Assembly: GCA_009859145.1 (NCBI GenBank)
Contig: VRVR01000031.1
Coordinates: 202,597-266,596, forward strand
DNA length: 64,000 nt
From: Andalucia godoyi And28
Lineage: Eukaryota; Protista; Jakobida
Reading direction: 5' to 3'
Shown: piece after piece, positions 19,581 through 29,904 of the stretch
Layout: each line of letters opens with the position of its first letter
Position numbering within the stretch: the first letter of the stretch is position 1
Program-made: the position numbers and the translations under genes
The notes under the pieces: model-generated
Database searches by the model: none
Seen by the model: only the letters and a program-made list of their open reading frames with translations
Told to the model about the DNA's origin: nothing

Positions 19581-22184
19581 TTACGGATTCTGGGATTTTC
19601 CTGGCCAGTTGCGCTGATCAACGTCGGCGACCTGAATTGCGGACAGGATCCACATATTGAGCATGGCTTCCCATTCAAAGATACGGAATGGAAGCGCAAG
19701 AGAGGATGGTGCCTTCCAGACGGGAGACCCCTTCGGAACGAGCTTCTCAACATCGCCTACCATTGACTGATCCTCCGGTCCGAACAACAACAAGTACGCC
19801 TTCGGATCCGAGAAGTCCTGCTGGAGGGGCCCGTGCGGGAACTCGAGAAAGTCCGTCGAGATGGGCTGATGCGCGAAGATTCCTTCCGAGAACTTGAGGG
19901 ACAGGTTGAATCCGGCGACAGGCCACGGGTGACCTGCAAGGACATGCACGGGCCGAGCCTTGCTTGCAACCACCGACGTCCAAGCATTGTCTGGCAGCAG
20001 TCGATACGCCTCCTGTACCGCCTTAAAGATCTTTTGCTGCTGCTCCGGCAGATCGAAGATGCGGGGAAGATCCTTGTCAATCTTCTCGTCGTCGAATGCA
20101 GAAAATACAATCTGCAGCGCCGCAACGTATCCACACAGCGGTCCAATAGTCCGGATGAAGATTCCCGATTCATCTGCAGCTGGAATTCGAACAATCGTCA
20201 CGTCCGCGGCGGACTCGAGCTCGGCGTTACGCGCCGCAGTCACGACAATCGTCTGCGCAAAGCGAGACCGGATCTCGGGCTTCAATGCCATTGCAGAGTG
20301 CGGGGACAGTCCCTGCGAAAACACAACCAAGGTCGTTGACTCCTTGTCAACTTGCAGCTCAGGAATCGCCGAATAAGGAACAACATCCGCAAGCACCTTC
20401 TTACCGTGCAAAACGTACTTGCGAATCAAAAACTGCAGGTACAATGCGTGTGCCTTGGACTCGCCAGTGCCAGTCAGCACAAACCGAGCGCATGCGGACT
20501 TGTTCAGTGGTTTGGCCATGTTCAGACGCTGATCAATGCCATACGATGCAAGCATACTCTTGAGAATACGCTCGGAATCCATCGTTCTGTGCAGCAGCAG
20601 ATGGTGTCCTTTGGGATCTGCGCTGTCCTCGACGTTGAGAATGCGATGCACCCGGATTCCTGCCTTGTCTAGCGCAGACGACCAAGAATCGCGAGCCAAA
20701 TCGGAATGCGAAATCAGCTGGCAGGACTTGACACCACGGTGCAGCAACAGCTGCACAGTCGCATCACGGTCTGCGTAGTCTCTGCCTTCCGAAACACCCA
20801 GCAGTTTGAAGATCTCTGCCTCCGCCTGTTCCGAAGTCACATTCGCATTGATGGCTGCATGGTTTTGCATCATGTAGGATGCTGCAAGCGAACCAAAACC
20901 AACTCCGCGACCGTCGTGCGGATACAACAACAAGAATCCAGCGCCATGGCGAACGATGGCCTCAATGGACCGGCGGAAGATCTTTCGAGGGCGAACGGAC
21001 GGATCATTCTTGTCCAGCGGGAATCTGTTCCAAAGGGATTCCGACTGCAAACGAACGACAGGAAGGCCCAACGGATCGACCTCGGCACACTCGTACTGCA
21101 AAAGGACGAACTCGGTATTGAGCACGATATCACGATACACGTGGATTCGGAACCAGTTGGGCTTCATGCGCAGCGGGCCTGGAATTTCCTGTCCTTCCGG
21201 AACGCGAATCAGATGACGGCCTCCGCGAATCCACTCATGCTCCACGTTGGGGCCAAGCTCCGATTGCAAAGCATCGTACTCGGCTTGCGACAGGACAACG
21301 CGATTTGAAACAGGCCTCATTGGCAGCAGGTATGACGCCATGTAGATAAACCGCTGTGCGTTCGGCACGACATGCGGTTCGAACGGGGCGATTGGATAGA
21401 TGCTCTGAGGCAGCTGCGCAGCGAATCGTGGCAGCTTCACCTTGGTCAAGAGCAGATGGTGCCCGCTCATCGCCTTTGACTTCAGATAGGCAGCGTTGAA
21501 CGGCCCTGGCGTGAACTCAAGGTTAACAATCTCGGTGATCTTGAATCCAATTGAAGTCAAGCCCTGAATCTTGTCCGGGTTGTTCGACAACAGCACCCAG
21601 TCTACATCCGTTCGCAGCCCCATGAGTTTGCACGCGTCGCCGATGGAGCGATAGTCTCTGTAGTCCGGCTTGACACCCATGCACGCATACGCCTGGAAGG
21701 TGTTGATTCTCTCATGCGTGAACTGCGTCAGCTGAATTCCACGGGCTTTGATGTTGTACCCGGCAGCGCGTCCTTCTTGCAACAAGTACCACAAAATGCC
21801 TCCACAGTCCGACTTTGCAATGCGTTCAAGCGCACCATGAAGCTGCTGCACGCAGTCGCAGTCCACTCCATGCAGCGTCTCGGACGAAATGCACGATGAG
21901 TGCGCCCTCGTGTAGAGCCTCTTTGAGTTCCGGATGTCTCCGCGGCCCGAAACCACCGCCATGGTGTACGCATTCGTCGTCACGTCCTGGAACACAAGCA
22001 TTCGAAAAGTCCCTACGCGAGTTGGAAGGTCTGCTGCAGAGAGGAAAATCGTCGTTCCATGCATCGGACGCTGCTTCAGAACCTCTGGAGACGGATTCAC
22101 AAGATCAATCCCAGACGGATTCAGAAGCGAATAGTCCGGGGTAAACGGACCCGGTGACTTTGGCGATGCGGTTGGGCTGTCCAT
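19581..22184 (-). CDS. GTP cyclohydrolase II-like + degenerate second GCH-II-like domain + SIS domain fusion
   Basis: First plausible ATG 22184 (867 aa). RAHSSC-x10-CDC, QEGR, DYRDY, LLSNNPDK; second domain RLQSES...HDGRGVG; SIS TGTGES, FSQGLS, EFPHGP. Confidence 0.8.
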   Translation of the reverse strand: MDSPTASPKSPGPFTPDYSLLNPSGIDLVNPSPEVLKQRPMHGTTIFLSAADLPTRVGTFRMLVFQDVTTNAYTMAVVSGRGDIRNSKRLYTRAHSSCISSETLHGVDCDCVQQLHGALERIAKSDCGGILWYLLQEGRAAGYNIKARGIQLTQFTHERINTFQAYACMGVKPDYRDYRSIGDACKLMGLRTDVDWVLLSNNPDKIQGLTSIGFKITEIVNLEFTPGPFNAAYLKSKAMSGHHLLLTKVKLPRFAAQLPQSIYPIAPFEPHVVPNAQRFIYMASYLLPMRPVSNRVVLSQAEYDALQSELGPNVEHEWIRGGRHLIRVPEGQEIPGPLRMKPNWFRIHVYRDIVLNTEFVLLQYECAEVDPLGLPVVRLQSESLWNRFPLDKNDPSVRPRKIFRRSIEAIVRHGAGFLLLYPHDGRGVGFGSLAASYMMQNHAAINANVTSEQAEAEIFKLLGVSEGRDYADRDATVQLLLHRGVKSCQLISHSDLARDSWSSALDKAGIRVHRILNVEDSADPKGHHLLLHRTMDSERILKSMLASYGIDQRLNMAKPLNKSACARFVLTGTGESKAHALYLQFLIRKYVLHGKKVLADVVPYSAIPELQVDKESTTLVVFSQGLSPHSAMALKPEIRSRFAQTIVVTAARNAELESAADVTIVRIPAADESGIFIRTIGPLCGYVAALQIVFSAFDDEKIDKDLPRIFDLPEQQQKIFKAVQEAYRLLPDNAWTSVVASKARPVHVLAGHPWPVAGFNLSLKFSEGIFAHQPISTDFLEFPHGPLQQDFSDPKAYLLLFGPEDQSMVGDVEKLVPKGSPVWKAPSSLALPFRIFEWEAMLNMWILSAIQVADVDQRNWPGKSQNP

Positions 22185-22882
22185 GAGCAATAAGATTTTA
22201 ATATAAAAAAACCAAAAAAGTACGCAGGACAGAAAGCAGAGACCAATATCAAAAACAAAAACAAAAACAAAAACAAAAATAACAATAACAATAACAATAA
22301 CAATAATGATCTCAAGATAGTAAAAGAAGAGAGACGCGCGATCTTGAATGGAGGAGGATAAGTGGAATACGGAAACAGAGGAGCCCCCATTAAAGACGTG
22401 TCCGCGAGTGTGTTTTTTCTTTTTCTTTTCTTGGATTTGAGAGTGATGAAGCATCAAGCCGCTCCCTCTCCCCCCCCCCCCAAGAGGTTTTACGACTGCG
22501 CAGGAGTTGAAGAACTTGCAGCTTCATGTGAGTTTGTGTGGCTGTTTGCGGGCATTTTTCATGGTCCGAATCCCTGTGATCTTTCATTAAAAGAAGGAAT
22601 CACTCCGATCGTTGCTTTCCTTCTTCTTCACGTTTGAATACATACATATATATGTAAATACCAAGATCAAGTCACTTCATCCGTTTCTTCTTTTATTTTA
22701 TATAATAGATTATATATTTTAAATCGACTTTTCCTTCCTTCAACCTTTTTCTTTTTTCATCCTTGATTTATTGGTGAATTTCACGTTTGCCTGCACTTTT
22801 TGTCTGCTGTTTTTATTTTTGAAAGACTGCTTTCTTCTTTTTCTCCTGTTTCCACCACCACTCCTCCTCTTTTTTTGTTGAA

Positions 22883-25411
22883 ATGACGTACAAGTTCAAG
22901 GTCCGCTTTCGTAACGAAGTCCGCCGATTTTCGCTGGAGCGTCCTGTGACACTGCATGCACTGTTTTCGCGTCTGGTGATGATGTTTTCGCCTTTTTATC
23001 CTCAGTTTCCATCGTCTGCTACTGCCGAAGAAGCAGGGGCGTTGCTTGTGACGTATTTTGATGGGAACGATCAAGTCACGATTCGGGATGACCAGGATCT
23101 CGAGGAAGCGCTCGTCATCGGGAAGCCGGTTCTGGAGCTCACCGTCCATCTTTCGCAAGATGCACGGACCCAAAAGGGAGAATCAAGCGGCGAGTCATCC
23201 GACAGTGAGGCCCATTGCCACGCAAAGTCCCGGCATACCCACGGCCATCACGGCCATCACCGTCAACACGGTCATCACGGACGCGGCCATGGACGTCACA
23301 ATCCCTTCATGAACCTGATTGACGGACTTCTCGGCGGAATCGGAGGAGCTTCAGGTAACGACGAAAAGAAAGAGGACCGTCCTAGACATGGATTTCGTCA
23401 CGGACACTGTTTTCGTAGTTTTTTCCACCCCGAGGTGAACAGGAATGCATCCGAAACACCGGCTCCCTCTGCACCCTCGTCTTCCTCGTCTTCTTCTGCT
23501 GGCTCGTCTTCTGCCGCCGCTTCTAGTTCTGGAGCTGGGGCGGCGTCCAATGCGAGTGGATCGACTGGACCGTCGCATCGCGAGGAAAAGAAGCCAAAAA
23601 ACACAAGCGAGTATCCTGAGTTTGCTCCGGATCTGATTTCTGATTTGGAAATTGTGCTGAATTCATTTGCAGCGAATCCAGAGCAGGTTGGTCATCTGCT
23701 TGACACGGGGCTTCCGCTGACTGTTCTGGCTCGACTCCAGTCCCTTGGAATGCCCGCACGTGTGCTTCGTCACCGTGTGAAACAGTTTGCGCATGAGTTC
23801 TTTTCCACGCGCGAAGGCTTGTTGATGAACATGAGGCAGACTGTGTTCTCGCCCGCGTTCTTTGGTGTCCTTTGCGGCTTGAATACCCCGGCAGGACAGG
23901 AGTTCATTCGCGGTGTTGTGTCGACATTTGGATTTGGAATTTCCATACCAGAAGAGTTTGATGTGATGACGCTCCTTCCTACCATCATGTCACAGTTCGG
24001 TCATCATGGACGGCGTGGTGCGTGTCCTTTTGATTTTTTTGACGCGATGCACGGCAGCACCCAGGATGGCAATGAAGGTCCGTCCACTTCCACCGCAGAA
24101 GCGCCTCTGCAGCCGGAGGTTGCCGTTCCTGTGAAGAAGGTCGATGCACCGGCTCAGCAGCAGCAGCAGCAGACGCCTCGGATGGAGGAGAAGAGCGCCG
24201 TTCCTGCTCCGAGTTTCCATGTGCCATTGTCAGCAACATCATCGACATCGTCCTTGTCATCTGCCTCCACTTCTCCTTTCCAGCCCCGTGCGTCGACGAG
24301 CGACGTAGATATGGTGCACTCGTGGGAAGTTGTATCCAATGACGATGACGATTCTGCAAAGTTTGAGAACTTGTCACGCAAGGTCGACTTGCTGTTGAAG
24401 GACGAAGATGATGTCTCGGAGAACGGGAACGTCACGTCTTCCGAGCTCGTCGGATCCTCCTACACTGCTGTGGGCGACTTTGAGTCGTCGGCTGTGAGCA
24501 CCGCATCCAGCGCTGTTCCCGTAGCGCCGGGCTTGTCCGCGTCCTCCGCCTCCGTGACTCCCACGACTGTCTCGTCCACATACTCCATGGCAGCCTCTCA
24601 GGACAATACTGCCGCAGTGCTTCTCCCCGTCTCTCCTGTCGCTGCTGCACCTGCACGTGTACCTGCGCCCACTCCTGTTCTTGTCCCAGCACCAGCACCA
24701 GCACCAGCACCAGCACCAGCACCAGCACCAGCACCAGCACCAGCACCAGCACCAGCACCAGCACCAGCACCAGCACCAGCACCAGCACCAGCACCAGCAC
24801 CAGCACCAGCACCAGCACCAGTACCAGTACCAGCACCAGCACCAGCAACAGTTTCGAGCAAGGTGACTGTCTCGAATGCAGCATCCAAGGCGACCGCGAG
24901 CTCAGCGTCTGTTGTGGATTCCGACCTTCCGCGCTGTGCCCTTCTGTCGTTCTCCATCTCTCCATCAAAGATTGTGCAGCCCGCATCTCCCGTGACGCTT
25001 GAATGGCGTTTCCGAAACACTGGAAGCGTTGCATGGTCGGAGGGCTGTAGGCTCATGCTCGAGTCCGGAGATGTAGTTCCAAAAGCACCGATGTTTGTGG
25101 AGCTTCCGTCTGTTGCACCTTCGCACATCTGCACCGTTTCCGTTCGTGGAAGCGCACCCGACGAGCAAAAGTCAGTCAACTCCGTGTGGAAACTGGTGTC
25201 GCCAGACGGCCAGTGTTTCTATGTGGCACGCTCGCTGTTCCGCGCAGAGTACAAGGAGGAAATGAAGCAGCTGATCCAAACCATCCGCGAAATGGGCTTC
25301 TTGGCAGTCCCGGAACGCCACATCTTTGAACTCCTGACTGCCAGTCACGGTGCTCTAACGTACGAAGTTGTCAACGAGCTTACTCGCCTGGAATCCATGT
25401 TTTCGAAATAG
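22883..25411 (+). CDS. NBR1/p62-like autophagy receptor (PB1, LIR, Pro-Ala repeat, NBR1-FW/Ig-like, UBA-like)
   Basis: PB1 FKVRFRNEVRRF...TYFDGNDQVTIRDDQDL; WRFRNTGSVAW...SVWKLVSPDG; C-terminal IREMGF. Confidence 0.75.
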   Translation: MTYKFKVRFRNEVRRFSLERPVTLHALFSRLVMMFSPFYPQFPSSATAEEAGALLVTYFDGNDQVTIRDDQDLEEALVIGKPVLELTVHLSQDARTQKGESSGESSDSEAHCHAKSRHTHGHHGHHRQHGHHGRGHGRHNPFMNLIDGLLGGIGGASGNDEKKEDRPRHGFRHGHCFRSFFHPEVNRNASETPAPSAPSSSSSSSAGSSSAAASSSGAGAASNASGSTGPSHREEKKPKNTSEYPEFAPDLISDLEIVLNSFAANPEQVGHLLDTGLPLTVLARLQSLGMPARVLRHRVKQFAHEFFSTREGLLMNMRQTVFSPAFFGVLCGLNTPAGQEFIRGVVSTFGFGISIPEEFDVMTLLPTIMSQFGHHGRRGACPFDFFDAMHGSTQDGNEGPSTSTAEAPLQPEVAVPVKKVDAPAQQQQQQTPRMEEKSAVPAPSFHVPLSATSSTSSLSSASTSPFQPRASTSDVDMVHSWEVVSNDDDDSAKFENLSRKVDLLLKDEDDVSENGNVTSSELVGSSYTAVGDFESSAVSTASSAVPVAPGLSASSASVTPTTVSSTYSMAASQDNTAAVLLPVSPVAAAPARVPAPTPVLVPAPAPAPAPAPAPAPAPAPAPAPAPAPAPAPAPAPAPAPAPAPAPVPVPAPAPATVSSKVTVSNAASKATASSASVVDSDLPRCALLSFSISPSKIVQPASPVTLEWRFRNTGSVAWSEGCRLMLESGDVVPKAPMFVELPSVAPSHICTVSVRGSAPDEQKSVNSVWKLVSPDGQCFYVARSLFRAEYKEEMKQLIQTIREMGFLAVPERHIFELLTASHGALTYEVVNELTRLESMFSK
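24686..24847 (+). repeat. Coding (CCAGCA)n hexamer, about 27 units, encoding (Pro-Ala)n
   Basis: Direct reading; two CCAGTA variants near the 3' end. Confidence 0.95.
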
Positions 25412-25709
25412 TCTCGCTCTGTATCCATTCTCGTTGATGTCCATCTGTGTTCTGTATATGTCTCCTCCCCCATTCTTCTTTTTTGCCTCTGGTTCGTCTT
25501 GTAAATTTCACTTTCGAATTCCATCAAAACGATTCAAACCGCTGAATAATAACACGTCATTGTCATGCATACGGAAGTATGCATAAACAGACACGGTCAA
25601 TACTGGCCGACACAAGCATGTGTTTCACAGGAATTCGTGCTTACGCGTAGCCATCGATCATTCGTTGGTTTCACTTTTTTAATTCAAATATGGGCGTGGG
25701 TGCGCTGGA

Positions 25710-25976
25710 ATGACGCATTCGCCTACGCCTGCGCCTGCGCCGCTCGATACACGGCCTCCTAGGTCCCGCAGACCTCCTAAGAGACCACGTGTCACTACGC
25801 CTGCTGCTAGGGCCGTCAGAATCAAAAATGCACCCTTCCCAGGAACAACGTGTCACGCTGAGAAAGTGGCTCACCGATTGATCGAGATTGGGAACGGAGC
25901 GCGGAGCATCTATCTGAAGAACGCCGTGAGGCGTGTTGGGGCCTATCCCCTTCCCGGCAACGAGATGCAAGACTGA
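25710..25976 (+). CDS. Small basic hypothetical protein (88 aa)
   Basis: ATG-initiated ORF filling a GC-rich island between AT-rich spacers; no family recognised. Confidence 0.35.
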   Translation: MTHSPTPAPAPLDTRPPRSRRPPKRPRVTTPAARAVRIKNAPFPGTTCHAEKVAHRLIEIGNGARSIYLKNAVRRVGAYPLPGNEMQD

Positions 25977-26064
25977 ATATGCATGTCTATTCGTAGATAT
26001 GCATGTTCAGTGTTTAATGTAGGCGCTGCGCCTCCTCTCCATCGGTTGTAATTTTATACCGCGC

Positions 26065-26075
26065 TTTCGCGCCAA
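26065..26075 (+). promoter_or_regulatory. E2F-like site TTTCGCGCCAA upstream of the deoxynucleoside kinase
   Basis: Matches TTTSSCGC consensus, about 270 nt upstream of ATG. Confidence 0.4.
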
Positions 26076-26345
26076 TCGGTGAAACGAAATTCGTTTTCAT
26101 TTTTCCTGAATTCCATATATACATATATATTTCATTCTTCGTTGTGTTGTCTTTTCGTTAGCTTTGGGGCTTTTCCTCCTTTCTTTTGTTTATTCTTTCA
26201 AGTTTCTTCTTCTTCTTTTTATTATTATTATTAATTTGTTGAAAGCTGTCGTTAGCGTAGTTGAAGCATAGAAGAAGTGTTGAGCGTTGTTGTGGGTTTT
26301 TTAAACTTTAATATTTATTTTAAACTTCTTTTCTTTGCACTGAGA

Positions 26346-27041
26346 ATGTCGTTTGCGTCGGTGTCGAACCAGCTGTCACAGAATGTTCCGCATCTTGAGC
26401 ACATGTTCATTTCGATTTCTGGATTGATCGGGGCTGGGAAGTCGACGCTTGCGACGGAGCTTGGGAAAGAACTCAACTTGCCTGTTCATTATGAAGAAGT
26501 GATTGACAACATTTATCTTGCGGATTTCTACCAAAACCCTGCGAAATATGCATTTCCCCTGCAAGTCTATTTACTGAATAAGCGTTTTGCACAGCAGCAG
26601 CAGATCATTTGGTCTGGGAAGGGGGCAGTGCAGGACCGGTCGATCTATGAAGACTCTGTGTTTGCAAGGATGTTGTACCGCGCAGGCCTCATGGAAGAGC
26701 GCGACTACCAGACGTATGTCTCGTTGTTTCAGAACATGTCGAATTTCATGAGACGTCCCAATCTCATTGTGCATTTGGAGGTTTCTCCAGAGGAGTCGCT
26801 CGAGAGAATCAAATCGCGGTCGCGGGACTGTGAGACCACCATCTCAATCGAGTATCTCCGCAACTTGCACGCCGCGTACGAAGAGTTCCTTGAGGACATC
26901 GCCCATGTCATTCCCGTTCTCAAAGTCGACTACTCGCGGTTCAGAACCGCTTCAGAAATGGCCCGTGTCATCCGCAAGGAGTTCACCTCCATGCTCAACA
27001 TTCGTGATGTGTCGTGGAGAGAACCGTCTCCTGCGATGTAG
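26346..27041 (+). CDS. Deoxynucleoside kinase (dNK family)
   Basis: P-loop GLIGAGKST, QDRSIYED, lid RIKSRSRDCE, YLRNLHAAYEE; first ATG 26346. Confidence 0.92.
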   Translation: MSFASVSNQLSQNVPHLEHMFISISGLIGAGKSTLATELGKELNLPVHYEEVIDNIYLADFYQNPAKYAFPLQVYLLNKRFAQQQQIIWSGKGAVQDRSIYEDSVFARMLYRAGLMEERDYQTYVSLFQNMSNFMRRPNLIVHLEVSPEESLERIKSRSRDCETTISIEYLRNLHAAYEEFLEDIAHVIPVLKVDYSRFRTASEMARVIRKEFTSMLNIRDVSWREPSPAM

Positions 27042-27180
27042 CACACCGTTTCTTTTTTGTTGTTGCAAGAATTCACTTCTTTTATCCGCGTTGTAAGCAC
27101 CTTCTAGTGCAATTAGTCAAGTACACATTCAAACCAAACTATTCTTTTCTTTTCTTTCTTTCTTTCTTTCTCTGCGAGGG

Positions 27181-29292
27181 TCAAAATTCCTGCTCGCTTA
27201 GCTGATGCTCAAGCTCATGGATGGAGTTTCCGAGAAACGACAGCCGTGAGTAGAGCTGACTCCGCCGCTCATCATTGCTAGATGCTGATGATGAAGATCG
27301 ACAGTGGTCTGACAGATCTCTGCGGGTTGTCGTGGCGTCCTCGCGTACAGCACGCGCCACCAGCTCCTCGTCGACAAGATCTTCTAGTTCGGCTTCGGCT
27401 TTCCGTCGAGCGTCAACATCTTCGCTGCAATTGTCCTCAATCGCGTCCGCGTCATCCTCCTCCTCCACATCCCCAATTTTGGAAAATAAATCATCGTCAT
27501 ACTCTTGCAGTCGAACCATTTCGGGAATACCCGTCAGCGAAGGAGTACTTCTCGACGAGAATGTAGGCGACAGCACGCGCCGAGTTGGACTGTGCAGCGA
27601 CACCTGTTCAGCCTCTCCGAGGCCCAGTGCAGCCATCCAGGTGCGGCTTTCATTTGCCCGAGCAGCTTGAGCACTCAGAGGATGTTGAGACTTCTGTAAG
27701 GCATCTGGGGAAGACGGAGCCTTGTGGTTATGTCGAGGAAGGACAGAAGCGACAATGGACGGTCGCTTTGTAACCGCATACGATGCGGACGATGCCGGCC
27801 GCGAGGAGGATGCAACACTTGAAGCAAGATCGAGCTCCTTTGAGGAGTTCGAGATTGTGGAGGCCACGGATCCTCGTCGCACGTCCAAAAATGCCCTCTC
27901 GATTTCCGCAAGAATATCATTCGTCTTGTCGTTGGACGTTGCAGAACTTCTACGATACGAAGTCTCCAAAGCATTCTTTGGGGCAGCGGGTTGTGGCCGT
28001 GAGCTCCGTGAGCCCGGGGAGCCCGTAAGCGACGAAAGAGACTCGGAAAGTATATCAATTCGTGGCTGCGATCTTGCAGCAGAGATCGGCCGAGTCGCTG
28101 AGCCAGGCCTGGACGAACCCCTGGGCTTGCTAGAGCCATTCATTGCGCTCGATCGAGGAGATGGCGTTTCCATGTGCACATCTGCTTTTCCCGTTCCAAA
28201 CTCCGAGGCCTCTCCGTGACGCGCAGCTTGCTGAATACGGGGAGAGGACATCCGGGGACTTGAGACCGACGGAGGTGCGTTGCTGTCCGTCTTCGACATT
28301 AACCGTTGCAAGTCGGCCAACGCCGAGACCATTCGTTTGCACACGGCATGATCTTTTCCGAGGGCCCTACGTCCCCACGCGTAGCCTCTGCGCATCATTT
28401 CTCTCGATTCGCCCACATGGTCATCCCCAAGCGCCTCCAACAGTACTGCAGTGTTCCAAAATCCGAGCACCACAAACAGCGCATTCTTGTTCCCCATCAG
28501 CCCTGTCTCGGTGTCCGCATTTTGCCGCATCTTTTCCTTCTTCTTCATGAACCGCAACGAAGTGTGCAGCGCAGCTTGTGCATGCTGCAGCGCCGATTCC
28601 AGCCGTTTCATTTTTGACAGGATGAATGCCATGATGAGATGCGACACGACCGCAGGATGTTTCGCATGTTCTGAGGCATGTTCAGTTTCGAGCGCAAGCG
28701 ACTCTTGCGCATGTTGCAAGGCAAGATGCCACTTTTGGCGCAGCGAGAAGTAGTATGCAATATTTTGCAACGTGGTGATGCGAAGCACAACACAAAGATT
28801 GCGGTTCCCACACTTTTCCGAGGTTGTCCACAGCAGCGCTTTTCGAAGCAACTGCAGGGATTCCTGCTGATGCAGATCGCTCTGCAGCAACCGGAGTGCG
28901 ATTTGATTCAGTGCGGCAGAAAAGTCCGAGACATACATGTTCAGCTCCGGAGACCCATACGGTAAAATTGATACCCACAGCTCCAGGCATCGCTCGAGGT
29001 ACTGCACCGAGCGCTTGTAGTCTCCCTGATCCTGCAACACGCGAGCAATCTTCTGCCAGACATGGATCGACGCAACCACGCCCGTCGCAGTCTTCCCCAT
29101 CGGCCCACCCGCAGCGCGATCCACCTCCATCATCATTTTCGCGGACTCACCATTGCGGCTCTCAATCGCCAACCGCAACACATCCAAGCACGCAGCAGAA
29201 TCATCCAGAAGAAACAGACTGCACGCGGTCGCACTCGAACTATCCGTTCGAAAAGAATCCGAACTCGCTAACCCCCAACTGCCACGATGCAT
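27181..29292 (-). CDS. TPR-repeat protein with Ser-rich disordered C-terminus
   Basis: Helical repeats (QDQGDYKRSVQYLERCLE; TLQNIAYYF...ALQHAQESL). Start could be a downstream Met. Confidence 0.75.
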   Translation of the reverse strand: MHRGSWGLASSDSFRTDSSSATACSLFLLDDSAACLDVLRLAIESRNGESAKMMMEVDRAAGGPMGKTATGVVASIHVWQKIARVLQDQGDYKRSVQYLERCLELWVSILPYGSPELNMYVSDFSAALNQIALRLLQSDLHQQESLQLLRKALLWTTSEKCGNRNLCVVLRITTLQNIAYYFSLRQKWHLALQHAQESLALETEHASEHAKHPAVVSHLIMAFILSKMKRLESALQHAQAALHTSLRFMKKKEKMRQNADTETGLMGNKNALFVVLGFWNTAVLLEALGDDHVGESREMMRRGYAWGRRALGKDHAVCKRMVSALADLQRLMSKTDSNAPPSVSSPRMSSPRIQQAARHGEASEFGTGKADVHMETPSPRSSAMNGSSKPRGSSRPGSATRPISAARSQPRIDILSESLSSLTGSPGSRSSRPQPAAPKNALETSYRRSSATSNDKTNDILAEIERAFLDVRRGSVASTISNSSKELDLASSVASSSRPASSASYAVTKRPSIVASVLPRHNHKAPSSPDALQKSQHPLSAQAARANESRTWMAALGLGEAEQVSLHSPTRRVLSPTFSSRSTPSLTGIPEMVRLQEYDDDLFSKIGDVEEEDDADAIEDNCSEDVDARRKAEAELEDLVDEELVARAVREDATTTRRDLSDHCRSSSSASSNDERRSQLYSRLSFLGNSIHELEHQLSEQEF

Positions 29293-29835
29293 ATGTATAT
29301 AAATATATAAATATATATATATATATACACCCCTCCGCCTCTACCACGCCCTCTATCACCTCTTTCTTGATTTAATTTATATAAAGAAAACAAAAACACG
29401 GAAACCAGGTAACTGAAGAAAACCACACAAAAATGAAAAAGAATGTGTGGCATAGGAAGCTTAATGGGTTTAGTGGTTTTTTGGTTCGATACAGTTGTCG
29501 ATTGAAATTATAGAGACTGAGCAAACGTCGGAAAAAGCTTTTTGCAAACAGATTAGGAGGGGAACACGCCGCAGCATCAATGCATCACGTTGCTTGGGGG
29601 AGGCTTCCAAAGTGGTTGGCAACTGTTCTTATTGTGTTTTATTTCGTTTTCATCGTCTTGACAAAATGCTTTGAAAACGGTTTTGTCGGGGCATTTTCTG
29701 CGTCGGGCATTTCAAAAAGCAAATCGGGGTTTTGGAAAGACGATTGTGAGCACCGTTGTCGTTTATTTCCCTTTTCTCCCGAGTCGTTTACTTGGGTCTA
29801 CAGAAGTGCGGGGGTCAGAAACCGAGAGTGTGACT

Positions 29836-29887
29836 GAGTGCGTGTGCGTGTGTGTGTGTGTGGGCGTGCGTGCGTGCGTGTGTGCGT
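29836..29887. repeat. Compound (TG)n/(TGCG)n microsatellite
   Basis: Direct reading. Confidence 0.85.
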
Positions 29888-29904
29888 GAAGAGAGAGATT
29901 TGCC

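Noticed and set aside
19457-19584. GTAAGC overlapping the stop of the GCH-SIS gene as an intron donor extending the C-terminus
   Set aside because: Best acceptor gives 128 nt and adds only a few unremarkable residues; no clear branch point
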